Shown here piece by piece: positions 1 through 9,247 of a stretch of 64,000 nt of DNA (position 1 is its first letter; every line of letters begins with the position of its first letter). The translations under genes and the position numbers were made by a program. The stretch is from sequence record LR756501.1. One strand, given 5' to 3'. The notes beneath the pieces are model-generated. The model saw nothing but the letters and a program-made list of their open reading frames with translations. It had not been told where the DNA came from and did not search any database.

Positions 1-1440
1 ATGATAAAGATTTAATCCGTACCTATCCAATAGAGTTCTATATTTATTTCTCATTGAGGATATAGTGTTCTCGTAGAAATAAGTAGATGTGCCTGATGGC
101 ACAATATCTTGTGTTAATGTAATAAGGTTACTTGTTGAATAACAGACGGTATATCCACTAAATGTTGTTGGTGGAAGTACTGCTGATTGTTGGCAATATA
201 ATTTCCTTACTTTCTTTTGATTAATAACTTTATTAATAGTATATGTATAACCAGTTTCGGGAATAATATATTCTCTTACTTGTATTTTATTATCTGTAAC
301 ATTTAAAATTTGAAATTGACGTTTATCGTGTAGAGTACCACCTGTAATATAAGGTGTTGCAAGCACTTCAATATAATCGTTATAAGTTAATCCTGTATAT
401 GTTATAGCAGAATACGTTTGTATTGTATTTATATTTTGATTTAAATAAAAACTAACAGTATCAGTTGTAACTAATTCTCTATCAATAAATCCTGTAATAG
501 TGAAAGTTGGATCGTTAGCGTCGATTGGGCTACCGTCTGCTTTTTCAAATATAATAGTTTGGCCTGTTGTTGTGAAATCAATATTAGTATTAATGTAATT
601 ATAAAATTCAATTACTGTGCCTGTTGGTGTATAATCTGTATATGTTATTTTAATGTCGCCTTCGTATAATTCTGGTCTCTGAGTCATTAAAAGGAAATCC
701 AATTCTATTGTTGAACCTGTTGTATAAGTTGGATTTTGAGGTAATGTGAAATCGTAAACTTTTGTTTTCAATATATTATAATCATCGTATGTATAGACCC
801 CGTCGTTATACGAGCTACCAGCAACACTAACTTTTTTACCATTATAATAGTTTAAGTTATTCATATCCACTAAACCTTGATGTCCGTAGTCTGGTGATTT
901 AAAAACATTCACAGAAGAAACCGTGCCACCAGAGAACACAAAATTAAAATCTCTATTATTGGTATAAGTAGTTATAAGGAAAGCACCTTTTTTAGTACCA
1001 AGGACGTTGTAATATGTTGTACCGCTTCCGTGAAAATTATTAAGATTTATATTTGTGGAACCTGTAATATCGTTAAAACAAACTGAAGTACCAACTGGGA
1101 ATTTTCTATCGAAATTATCGCCATATACCCATTTAGAATAAAAAAGTGGACTACTATTTACTTTCTGTATATTTGTAATTGTCTGACCTGTATATGTTGA
1201 AGGTACAAATGTTATACCACTATAATTGAATAGTTGAGATGCTCTAAGATCGAATATATCTGTAAAGCTGTAGGCTGGTACGTTTTCGAACACGTAGAGA
1301 CATACTGTACGGAATGTATCGCTAGAGTTTTCGTCGAAATAAAGTTTTCCTCCCCATTCGTCGTTTGTAGCGTTATATGTTAAATTATATGGATAACCTT
1401 CTTTATCGAAAAAAAGCAATTTGTTAGTTGGTGTGCTCAA
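1..1440 (-). CDS. Large putative virion structural protein, N-terminal part (runs off the window start; TTG start; absent from ORF track)
   Basis: Manual translation gives 480 open codons from TTG at 1440 (MSTPTNKLLFFDKEGYPYNLTYNATNDEWGGKLYFDENSSDTF...) to position 1. Thr/Asn/Tyr-rich, with a TTAATATATA motif just upstream (1461-1470). The structural role is inferred from composition and context. Confidence 0.75.
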   Translation of the reverse strand, partial: MSTPTNKLLFFDKEGYPYNLTYNATNDEWGGKLYFDENSSDTFRTVCLYVFENVPAYSFTDIFDLRASQLFNYSGITFVPSTYTGQTITNIQKVNSSPLFYSKWVYGDNFDRKFPVGTSVCFNDITGSTNINLNNFHGSGTTYYNVLGTKKGAFLITTYTNNRDFNFVFSGGTVSSVNVFKSPDYGHQGLVDMNNLNYYNGKKVSVAGSSYNDGVYTYDDYNILKTKVYDFTLPQNPTYTTGSTIELDFLLMTQRPELYEGDIKITYTDYTPTGTVIEFYNYINTNIDFTTTGQTIIFEKADGSPIDANDPTFTITGFIDRELVTTDTVSFYLNQNINTIQTYSAITYTGLTYNDYIEVLATPYITGGTLHDKRQFQILNVTDNKIQVREYIIPETGYTYTINKVINQKKVRKLYCQQSAVLPPTTFSGYTVCYSTSNLITLTQDIVPSGTSTYFYENTISSMRNKYRTLLDRYGLNLYH

Positions 1441-1486
1441 TTCTTATTTCTTTTTATTTTTATATATTAAATAAGCGGCGTTCAAG

Positions 1487-2206
1487 TTATATTATTTGAG
1501 TACACGACTTCAATAAACCGTAAACGTAAACAAATTCCCATGTTCCATCAGCCAGATCCACAGCGATACTTGGTGAAATTAAAGCGTTCATTATAAATGT
1601 ACCTGTCCAACCATATGTGCCTTCACCGCTACTACCACTTGTTCCAGTTCCACCGCCACTTGTACCGCTAGCTATACTCATACCACTTGTTCCATCTGGT
1701 CCTGTGTAACCACAATTACCTGATGTTCCAGATGTTCCTGGCATGCCTCTAACACCGCTTGATCCCGTTGTACCACTTGTACCACTAGTGCCAGCTGTTC
1801 CACTAAAAACACCGCTGGTTCCAGATTCACCTGTTATTCCTGATGTTCCTTTAGTTCCAGATATACCTGATGTTCCAACCTTTCCACTAGTACCACTACT
1901 ACCTGATCTATTACTTGTTCCGTCTTTTCCACTACTACCACTATTACTTGATGGTGATACTCCACTCGAACCACTTAATCCTCCTGTTCCAGATGATCCA
2001 GATACTCCGCTATATCCACTTGTTCCAGAGTCACCTGTTGCTCCTTTACTACCTATTCCTGAAGTACCAGTAAATGAAATATTGGTGGTTCCAGAAGCAG
2101 TTAAAAATGGTGTTCCTCCTGAATTAGTATATCCTAATAATATCCATCCCTCTCTTGGTGGATCTTGTTCGTTAAAGTCAACTATTTCTAAATTTAAGAT
2201 ACTCAT
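1487..2206 (-). CDS. Gly-X-Ser/Thr triplet-repeat protein (collagen/polyglycine-II-like fibre), paralog of 2221..2931
   Basis: Long (GTS/GSS/GVS)n tract. N-terminal MSILxLxxxDFNxxxxPREGWxLLGY and C-terminal WxFxxxxGLL are shared with the neighbouring gene. Confidence 0.85.
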   Translation of the reverse strand: MSILNLEIVDFNEQDPPREGWILLGYTNSGGTPFLTASGTTNISFTGTSGIGSKGATGDSGTSGYSGVSGSSGTGGLSGSSGVSPSSNSGSSGKDGTSNRSGSSGTSGKVGTSGISGTKGTSGITGESGTSGVFSGTAGTSGTSGTTGSSGVRGMPGTSGTSGNCGYTGPDGTSGMSIASGTSGGGTGTSGSSGEGTYGWTGTFIMNALISPSIAVDLADGTWEFVYVYGLLKSCTQII

Positions 2207-2220
2207 TAAATATTATTATT

Positions 2221-2931
2221 TTATATTACTGTTACTAATAATCCGTTATTAAATTCAAATTGCCAAATTTTTGTTCCTGGACTTGGTACTCCTGAAGTAA
2301 CATTTGCCGTCCATTGTCCAATCCCACTAAATAAGAAAGGATTTGGCACGTACCCACTACTACCACTCGTTCCCGATATACCACTAGTACCACTGGTGCC
2401 AGTCCCACTAGTTCCTGAAGTCCCATCAGCACCAGAAGTTCCACTTGTTCCTGTTGTTCCACTAGTTCCCGTTATACCACTCGTTCCACTTGTACCATTC
2501 GTTCCGCTCGTTCCCGAAGTGCCCATTCCTGTTGCACTAACACCAGATGAACCAGAAGTTCCAGAAGTTCCAGATGTACCAGAAGTTCCAGACGATCCAC
2601 CTAATCCACTTGTACCACTACTACCACTAACACCACCTGTACCATCAATACCACTTGAACCACTTGTAGATGAAGGAGATATACCACTTGTTCCACTAAT
2701 ACCAGATGTGCCTGATTGACCGTGGCTACCTGCTTTACCGCTAGTACCAGATGAACCAGGATTTCCTGTTGGTCCTGTTACTCCTGATATTGGGTAAGAT
2801 ATATTTCCGTATTCGTCTTTTTGGGTTAGGTATGATGTGCCACTCACATCACTATAACCAAGTAATACCCATCCCTCTCTTGGGTTCTCAACGTTGTTGA
2901 AATCTTGTACTTGTAATTTTAAGATACTCAT
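2221..2931 (-). CDS. Gly-X-Ser/Thr triplet-repeat protein, paralog of 1487..2206
   Basis: Same architecture. CTATATATTAAAA (plus-strand reading of the late-type motif) lies at 2952-2964 upstream. Confidence 0.85.
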   Translation of the reverse strand: MSILKLQVQDFNNVENPREGWVLLGYSDVSGTSYLTQKDEYGNISYPISGVTGPTGNPGSSGTSGKAGSHGQSGTSGISGTSGISPSSTSGSSGIDGTGGVSGSSGTSGLGGSSGTSGTSGTSGTSGSSGVSATGMGTSGTSGTNGTSGTSGITGTSGTTGTSGTSGADGTSGTSGTGTSGTSGISGTSGSSGYVPNPFLFSGIGQWTANVTSGVPSPGTKIWQFEFNNGLLVTVI

Positions 2932-3012
2932 GGTAAGTGTTTTCTTTTTCTCTATATATTAAAATTTAAAACCTTTAAATAAACTCTACATATAATAAAA
3001 TAAAAACTAACT

Positions 3013-3648
3013 ATGCTTGTAATTATATGTAATGGTGCCAACAACAGCGGGAAGGATCAGTTTGTAGAGTTCTTCGCTAAACATTATAAATTTAAGACTG
3101 TGAACTTGTCTACGATAGATAGAGTTAAAGAATTATCCGAACAGTATTTCGGTTGGAACGGTAAGAAAACAGAAGAGGCTAGGAAGTTTCTAGCTGAAAT
3201 GAAGAGAGTGTGGGCTGAGTTTAATAACGGTCCTTTTTTATATACTGTTAAAAAGATTAAATCTCATTACGCTAAGCTGAATAAGAAGAATAAAGATAAT
3301 ATTGTTTATTTTGTTCATTGTAGAGAGCCCGAAGAAATACAAAAATTCAAAGATAAATACAAGGATAAATGTTTAGCAATTCTTCTTGAAAGAAATGAAA
3401 GACCAGAATCAAAAAAGATAGCAAATAATCACGCAGATATGGGAGTAGATAATTATGATTACGATGTGATTATATCAAATAACGGTAGTAAGATTGATTT
3501 AGAATTAGAGTCCGTAAAATTCATCGAAGAAATTAAAAACAAATCATATCCTAAAGAGTATATTAGTAGAAGAAGTATCGGTAAAATTGTTGATGGTTTA
3601 GTTACAGAAGAAACATGGATAGAAGATTGTCCTATAACAAAAAAATAG
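3013..3648 (+). CDS. P-loop NTPase, probably deoxynucleoside-monophosphate-kinase-like
   Basis: N-terminal hydrophobic strand plus NGANNSGKD (Walker A ending GKD, as in phage dNMP kinases). Confidence 0.55.
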   Translation: MLVIICNGANNSGKDQFVEFFAKHYKFKTVNLSTIDRVKELSEQYFGWNGKKTEEARKFLAEMKRVWAEFNNGPFLYTVKKIKSHYAKLNKKNKDNIVYFVHCREPEEIQKFKDKYKDKCLAILLERNERPESKKIANNHADMGVDNYDYDVIISNNGSKIDLELESVKFIEEIKNKSYPKEYISRRSIGKIVDGLVTEETWIEDCPITKK

Positions 3649-3995
3649 ATTTAATTATGAGATTTGGAAAAAGAAGAGAAAAAGAGACGGTAGTTTCGAT
3701 TTCAGAAATAACAACAATAGAATCAGTATATTATGATGCTGACGATAAAGAAATTATTAATTATGGAGGATCGTGGTCCATTTGTGGATTAACTTATTCG
3801 AGAATGGGGTACAAAAAAGTAAAAAAATATAGAGTGGACAGTATGAAATATTATAATAGCGGACACCCTTGTTCTTTATTTACAAGTCTGTTTCTCAACA
3901 AAGAAGAAGCCGAAGAAATTTATAATGAATTATTAAATTTAAACGGTGAAAAATATATTGAAACACTCATTGATAAAATAACATTTAAAAAATAA
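3615..3995 (+). CDS. Hypothetical protein (true start probably the internal ATG near 3657)
   Basis: ORF track; co-oriented operon member. Confidence 0.6.
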   Translation: MDRRLSYNKKIDLIMRFGKRREKETVVSISEITTIESVYYDADDKEIINYGGSWSICGLTYSRMGYKKVKKYRVDSMKYYNSGHPCSLFTSLFLNKEEAEEIYNELLNLNGEKYIETLIDKITFKK

Positions 3996-4005
3996 ATTTA
4001 AAATT

Positions 4006-4308
4006 ATGCCAAAGTCGAAATTAAGAAAAGACCATAAGAAGAAAGCAAATGCTTTTAGAAAAAGAGTAGAAGATAGAAAGAAATCATTTGAAAAACAAAT
4101 GCGTTCACTATACGAAAGACAACAACAAGAAAATCTTGAAAAACAAATGGCTGCTGGCGATGTTTCTACTCAAGAAATTGAAGGACTCAACGTCGAAGAT
4201 TTCAAGATGGATACAGATGAAATACCAACAATGGGCAACTTTGGTTTACCAACAGAAGAAGCTATGCCAGTTATAGTAGAAGGTGTAACAAGTCCAGACC
4301 AATTATGA
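4006..4308 (+). CDS. Hypothetical protein with basic N-terminus and acidic C-terminus
   Basis: MPKSKLRKDHKKK... ORF; ATGA overlap with the next gene. Confidence 0.7.
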   Translation: MPKSKLRKDHKKKANAFRKRVEDRKKSFEKQMRSLYERQQQENLEKQMAAGDVSTQEIEGLNVEDFKMDTDEIPTMGNFGLPTEEAMPVIVEGVTSPDQL

Positions 4309-4487
4309 GCCAGTTTTCAGATTACTTCGGTTTAAGTAAGCAAAATAAACTATCACCAGACCAACAAACTAATATTGGAAAATATTTATTCTTGGGAGTG
4401 GTGATATTTTGTATTATAATTTTCTTATTCGCTGTAATAGGTGGAATATTTTTCCAAAAAGAAATATCAAATTTTATATTCGTATGA
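4305..4487 (+). CDS. Small single-pass membrane protein
   Basis: Hydrophobic stretch YLFLGVVIFCIIIFLFAVIGGIFF. Confidence 0.65.
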   Translation: MSQFSDYFGLSKQNKLSPDQQTNIGKYLFLGVVIFCIIIFLFAVIGGIFFQKEISNFIFV

Positions 4488-4633
4488 TAGATAGCCCTTG
4501 TAAACATATATGCGTTCTGGAAGAAGGTGTATGTATTGGTTGTTATAGAACCAAAGAAGAAATCTCTAAATGGAGTAAAATGAATGACGAAGAAAAACAA
4601 AAAGTATTAGATAGAATTAAAAAGGAGGAATAA
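4484..4633 (+). CDS. DUF1289-like small Cys-rich (putative Fe-S/Zn) protein
   Basis: MIDSPCKHICVLEEGVCIGCYRTKEEISKW matches the SPCxxxC...CxGCxRTxxEIxxW pattern. The ATG at 4484 overlaps the upstream stop. Confidence 0.75.
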   Translation: MIDSPCKHICVLEEGVCIGCYRTKEEISKWSKMNDEEKQKVLDRIKKEE

Positions 4634-4635
4634 TT

Positions 4636-4821
4636 ATGGAAAGTAAATTATGTAAGTATATCGGTAAGGACTATGATGACGAATATGATAAAGATACAAT
4701 ATATAGATTTGAACACGACGAGAAATACAATGTTACCATCTTCGAAAAAAATGAAGACGTTGGATATTGTTCAGACACTTGGTTCAAAGAAAATTTTAAA
4801 AAAGTTATAAAGGAGGAATAA
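4636..4821 (+). CDS. Hypothetical protein
   Basis: ORF track; AAGGAGG upstream. Confidence 0.65.
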   Translation: MESKLCKYIGKDYDDEYDKDTIYRFEHDEKYNVTIFEKNEDVGYCSDTWFKENFKKVIKEE

Positions 4822-4824
4822 ATT

Positions 4825-5022
4825 ATGTTTCAGACACAAACAGATTACAATAATATTAAAATAAACGAAGAATTGATAAAAACTCTGGATTCAGAAAAAC
4901 AATATCTTCTTAAACAAATGTATAGTATTACAGAAGCCGAATCACCAGGCGATATGTACGATATTGCTGTTGAATCACTTAAAAAGTTTAAATTAAAAGA
5001 AGCTCCACAAAATGAGTACTAA
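4825..5022 (+). CDS. Hypothetical protein
   Basis: ORF track; AGGAGG upstream. Confidence 0.65.
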   Translation: MFQTQTDYNNIKINEELIKTLDSEKQYLLKQMYSITEAESPGDMYDIAVESLKKFKLKEAPQNEY

Positions 5023-5206
5023 ATTACCTGAAGGTTGGATGGATTGGAACACGTTGACTCTTGATCAAATGGTTGATTATTTGAGAGAGAAGCATATGTT
5101 TAGCAGTAGTGGAGAGTCTCTATGTATTCATAAACTAATAGAGTTTTATGATAGGAATAAATGGATCGATAGAGATATAAATCATCCGAGTAGAATAAAG
5201 AAATAA
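5012..5206 (+). CDS. Hypothetical protein
   Basis: ORF track; ends at the terminator hairpin. Confidence 0.65.
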   Translation: MSTKLPEGWMDWNTLTLDQMVDYLREKHMFSSSGESLCIHKLIEFYDRNKWIDRDINHPSRIKK

Positions 5207-5242
5207 CAAAAAACCCAGTCAAATGACTGGGTTTTTTGTTAT
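5203..5242. terminator. Bidirectional intrinsic terminator between convergent genes
   Basis: Perfect 18-bp inverted repeat ATAACAAAAAACCCAGTC-AAAT-GACTGGGTTTTTTGTTAT with a U-tract on each strand. Confidence 0.9.
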
Positions 5243-5652
5243 ACACAACTTAATGCGTTTACTTTTTTACTTCTGATTTGTTTTCTCAAATCTATACCTT
5301 TCATATTGTTGATATTCAAGGTGCTAGATCCGTTTTTTACACTCATCAAAGACACTGGATTAGTAGTGCCTAAACCTATTGAGGTACTATAAGAACCCGA
5401 CGTTGTCGTCATTGTGCTACCAGACCATCCTCCCCAAAGAGTCGATGAATAATCAAAATTAGTGGTGGTTGGTGGCGAGTGGGAACTATCCCAGCTTTTC
5501 ACATTTCCCCAGGCTATTCCTCCTGTTCCGCTTGTACCACTTCTACCACTTGTTCCTGACGATCCACTTATTCCTGAACTGCCTGATGTTCCACTATATC
5601 CAGATTTTCCAGTATGACCTTGTGGTCCTTTCGGTCCACTATATCCTGCCAT
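5239..5652 (-). CDS. Gly-X-Ser repeat protein (frame open upstream to ~5832; possible true start at ATG 5797 via a 1-nt shift)
   Basis: GTSGSSG repeats continue upstream of Met 5652 in the same frame. Confidence 0.7.
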   Translation of the reverse strand: MAGYSGPKGPQGHTGKSGYSGTSGSSGISGSSGTSGRSGTSGTGGIAWGNVKSWDSSHSPPTTTNFDYSSTLWGGWSGSTMTTTSGSYSTSIGLGTTNPVSLMSVKNGSSTLNINNMKGIDLRKQIRSKKVNALSCV

Positions 5653-5801
5653 TCCGTCGGTACCAGATGTTCCTGAACTACCAGACGTTCCTGATGTTCC
5701 GGACGTCCCAGATCTTCCTTGATTCCTACCAGCTACGTGACCTGCTGTTCGGTATCTTCTGTATTTAAAAAGATCTTGGAGTTCCTTATGTCCCCATTTA
5801 T

Positions 5802-6017
5802 TTAAAAAGGGCGCACTATAACGTCGATCTGGTCAAGTTGATCTTTGTACTCGCCTTGTAGAAGTGAAACTGCCGTCATAAAGACTGCTTTTTCTTCTTT
5901 TGCCAACATACACTTTGGTCCGTCGACGATGGTTGATTTCTTACCTTCTTTTTCTTGTAATTCATTTGGATGCCACACTACTGCATACTCAAATAATGTT
6001 GATTTTGTTGTTGCCAT
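5802..6017 (-). CDS. Hypothetical protein
   Basis: ORF track; plausible composition; operon context. Confidence 0.7.
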   Translation of the reverse strand: MATTKSTLFEYAVVWHPNELQEKEGKKSTIVDGPKCMLAKEEKAVFMTAVSLLQGEYKDQLDQIDVIVRPF

Positions 6018-6053
6018 AATTTTAGTTATTATTTTTTTGGTTAATTTATTGCA

Positions 6054-6563
6054 TTATTTTTGATATCTCGGGTCGTTCTCGTATGTCTTGAGTTCTGATA
6101 ATATCTCATCCATATTTCTTAAACGACATTCAATATTTTCTTCTTTATACTCTGGATGCTCAATTAATTGTTTACTCCAGAAATCGAAATATTTTCTAAT
6201 GTTTTCTCTTCCCTTTTTAGAATATCTCTGTTTATTTGGATCTATAAAATCATTTGGTGAATTATTATATTTATGAAAATCATAATAAACTCCAATCTCA
6301 TTAGCTAGATCTACTCCATCTTTAAAATCTCCTATTTTCTGGTAAACTCTTTTAGGTTTCAGAAAATCAACGAGATATGAAGTATCTTCTTTTTTAAGAC
6401 ATATGATGAAATTTTCACTGAGAGCATTAATATCATATAAATTTGTATAGAATCTATAAGTAAATCTAGCTTTAGGTCCATCTGGAAAATTACAATAACA
6501 ACCACTAAAGGTATCTATATTGTTTTCAAGAAAATATTTCTTTAGTTTATCTATTTTTTTCAT
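6054..6563 (-). CDS. Hypothetical protein
   Basis: ORF track; ATGA overlap with the upstream gene. Confidence 0.7.
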   Translation of the reverse strand: MKKIDKLKKYFLENNIDTFSGCYCNFPDGPKARFTYRFYTNLYDINALSENFIICLKKEDTSYLVDFLKPKRVYQKIGDFKDGVDLANEIGVYYDFHKYNNSPNDFIDPNKQRYSKKGRENIRKYFDFWSKQLIEHPEYKEENIECRLRNMDEILSELKTYENDPRYQK

Positions 6564-7795
6564 CTTTTCCTTCTATTCTTTACTTTTTTAGATTTTAGTC
6601 CAACGTTTATTGCTTTCATAACAATATCATCACGATACCACTTGTGACTATTTTTTTCTTGCCACATCGGCTCGGACTGTGAACCTAAATTCTTTATTGT
6701 ATCATCTAAGATTAAATTAGGATTTGGTTTAACTGGGCCGTCATTATAATTCATAGCATTAGATCTATCATAATTAGACATAGAAAATAAATTTTCGTAA
6801 TCAGCGTGATATTCTTCTGAGAACTGGTAAGGACCAGTATCCTTCTTGTAACCAAATTCAATTGGTTTATTATCATCTGTTCCTTTTTCAGCGATAATTC
6901 TTTCAAAACTAGGAATCATATAACCGTCCTCTACTACCGAAGAGAGTAAACCTGTTACTGTAACATAAGTTATGTTGGTTGATAACTCTTCTGCCTCTAC
7001 TTGAGATAAATGAGCGTTCCAGTAAGCTCCTTTGTTAAAGAATTTTTTGATCCACCCGTCTATTCTATCTCCACCGTAACCAGCACTTGTCCATAAAATA
7101 CTTCTCCAAAAAGCGTCATTTTTCCAATTATCAATTATACCTTGAACGGCTTCTTTAGCCCTAGCAATATATTCTTGTAAAGGAACTACTCTGTTAAATC
7201 TATCTAAAGCATCTAACATAAGCTCATAATCAACTTTCTTTCCAAGTATCTTAATTTTATTGTAATCACATCCGTACCAAGTATATGTGTAGAAATTTGA
7301 TACCATTTCTAAAAATGTTGTAGAAAAGGCAAATCTACTATCTGCGTCTGATGTTGTGAAAGGTGGAAGTATATCATCTCTTTGTAAATCCATAGGTACT
7401 TTTTCAAGTACCAGATCAATGAATTGATCTACTGGCATGTGTATTAGTGAATTATTATGTCCTTCAATTACTATTTTACCCCTCTTTTTGTAAGTAAAAT
7501 ATTTTCTACATTCTTCGGGATTAGCATTCACTATATTAGATAGTTCACATAATATTGTGTACCATATAAAATCTGGTTTTATAACAATACCGTAATCCAT
7601 ATTGTAAGCAATCTTTAAATAACTTACAAAATTATTGTGAGGCACGATGCCTTTAATATTGTTATACACTATCTTTGTGTGGTACAAATCTTTAGGACAA
7701 CCTCTATGTTTTGTAAAAATGTCTAATGGGTTCAGTCCTTTAAGTACTTCCCTGAAATCTTTCAGAGGAGTATTCTTTACTAATATCTCTCTCAT
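6560..7795 (-). CDS. DUF4419-like protein
   Basis: HNNFV...AYN...IVIKPDFIWYTIL.ELS..VNANPE..RKYF and ...C....IKILG...DY pattern typical of DUF4419 (recognised by eye). Confidence 0.65.
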   Translation of the reverse strand: MREILVKNTPLKDFREVLKGLNPLDIFTKHRGCPKDLYHTKIVYNNIKGIVPHNNFVSYLKIAYNMDYGIVIKPDFIWYTILCELSNIVNANPEECRKYFTYKKRGKIVIEGHNNSLIHMPVDQFIDLVLEKVPMDLQRDDILPPFTTSDADSRFAFSTTFLEMVSNFYTYTWYGCDYNKIKILGKKVDYELMLDALDRFNRVVPLQEYIARAKEAVQGIIDNWKNDAFWRSILWTSAGYGGDRIDGWIKKFFNKGAYWNAHLSQVEAEELSTNITYVTVTGLLSSVVEDGYMIPSFERIIAEKGTDDNKPIEFGYKKDTGPYQFSEEYHADYENLFSMSNYDRSNAMNYNDGPVKPNPNLILDDTIKNLGSQSEPMWQEKNSHKWYRDDIVMKAINVGLKSKKVKNRRKR

Positions 7796-7804
7796 TTTAT
7801 TACC

Positions 7805-9058
7805 TTATTTTTTCACTTTTCTGCCACATATTGGGCAGAAACTCCAACCGCCTTTACCTCTGCTTACTCTATAACCACATTTACAATATTCACGGATAGC
7901 AGATTCGTTCTTAACGTAAGTATTTGTCTGTGTTCCGTCTATGATATTCTTTATGGTATCAGAATCGTAGAGTTTTTTTTTGACTGGTTTAAGTGAAAAA
8001 GGTAATAATTTGAATTTAACTCTATAAAATGGTTCACCCACTTCGAAGGTTATTGGTGAGAAATATTGATTAGAAACACCGCCTTTTTCAATACGTCCTG
8101 TTTCTATTCTCTTCCTCGCTAGTTTGGTTTGTCCTGGTGTTCCATTTGGTCCTATTGGTCCATTTGGTCCATTCATAGTTATGCCTCTACTCATTTCTTG
8201 AGGAGCGTAATCTATTGAATCAAAACTGGTATAATTTGTATTAGAAGCACCAATAAAGTTTGGTACGCCTCCAGCGTAACCTCTAGTTCCAGCTTTTCCG
8301 TCGTATCCTGATGTACCAGATGTACCAGACACACCAGACTTACCAGATGTACCAGAAGACCCCGATGTACCACTGGTACCGCTGAAACCGCTAACTCGGC
8401 CATTATTTATAGTAGCATTACTAACTATTAATTGACCGTTGTTAATATCAAGAGTACCATTTATTTTTAAATTACCGTTAATAACAACATCAGTTCCACT
8501 AACAGATAAGTTAGTAGTTAGATTTGATGTTCCTATGCCACCTGCTGTTCCTGATGTTGCGGTGGTACTTCCACTATACGAAAAATTAGTATAAAGTGGT
8601 TGTGTGTACCAATTAGGATTAATAGTAATCCAATTTGGATCACTGTAAGTGGTTGTAGTTGTGTTATATACTGGTGGAGCTTTTTTCTCGTTCCAGAATA
8701 CTACTTCTAGTACACCATTTTTCTCAATAGCTTTGATAGCTTGTTGTACTCTTTCTTCCGACATACCTTTGGTATCGATATCGTAAGCGTTAAAAGTTAA
8801 TTTGCGATTAGTACCAATGTATCTCTCAATGGTAATTTCTTGACCGGGATTGAGTACAAGTAGGTCGTTATCTACTTTAATACCGTTCATGCATAGTTGA
8901 ACACCGATGCGTTCTTGAAGTGGGTTAAAAAATTTTAGTTGAAAATTGTCTCCGTTGCGGAGGTAAACTTTATTTTTCTTCTTTCCGTAAAGTTTACGTT
9001 GTTGACCGTTGACGCAGATTTCACACGTCGGCAAGGTCATGCCGTGCAGATCATTCAT
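7805..9058 (-). CDS. Phage protein with N-terminal beta-rich domain, Thr-rich and GTS-repeat insert, C-terminal zinc ribbon
   Basis: C-terminal YCKCG...FCPICG; central [10 protein letters not shown] tract. Confidence 0.8.
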   Translation of the reverse strand: MNDLHGMTLPTCEICVNGQQRKLYGKKKNKVYLRNGDNFQLKFFNPLQERIGVQLCMNGIKVDNDLLVLNPGQEITIERYIGTNRKLTFNAYDIDTKGMSEERVQQAIKAIEKNGVLEVVFWNEKKAPPVYNTTTTTYSDPNWITINPNWYTQPLYTNFSYSGSTTATSGTAGGIGTSNLTTNLSVSGTDVVINGNLKINGTLDINNGQLIVSNATINNGRVSGFSGTSGTSGSSGTSGKSGVSGTSGTSGYDGKAGTRGYAGGVPNFIGASNTNYTSFDSIDYAPQEMSRGITMNGPNGPIGPNGTPGQTKLARKRIETGRIEKGGVSNQYFSPITFEVGEPFYRVKFKLLPFSLKPVKKKLYDSDTIKNIIDGTQTNTYVKNESAIREYCKCGYRVSRGKGGWSFCPICGRKVKK

Positions 9059-9230
9059 AATGTCCTCCTTTTTTCATTTTTTATTTCTGAAATACTAATT
9101 TTTTCATTGCTCTTCACAATTCAAAAGTGGAATACACTCAAAATCAGTATGACCAAAAAGTATCTCTCGTTTGAGATAATATTATATATTTAATCACTAC
9201 GGTCCGAAACTAGTCTTTTTGAAAATAAAT

Positions 9231-9243
9231 TTTTAATATATAG
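9231..9243 (+). promoter_or_regulatory. Putative late-promoter motif TTTTAATATATAG (representative copy)
   Basis: Near-identical copies lie just upstream of starts at 9248, 11908(-), 27159, 35031, 42574, 34125(-), 29840(-), 2931(-), 13370, 15336 and others. Confidence 0.65.
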
Positions 9244-9247
9244 CATT

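Noticed and set aside
1743-2719. Plus-strand Pro/Val/Leu-rich ORFs (1743..2252, 2396..2719; likewise 5469..5768)
   Set aside because: Antisense or off-frame shadows of the Gly-X-Ser repeats: GGx/ACx/AGx codons read backwards give PLVP and avoid stops.
4622-4817. Strong AAGGAGG Shine-Dalgarno sites before 4636 and 4825 as evidence against a Bacteroidota host
   Set aside because: Both arise from K-E-E codons ending the upstream genes; most other starts have A-rich, SD-less leaders.
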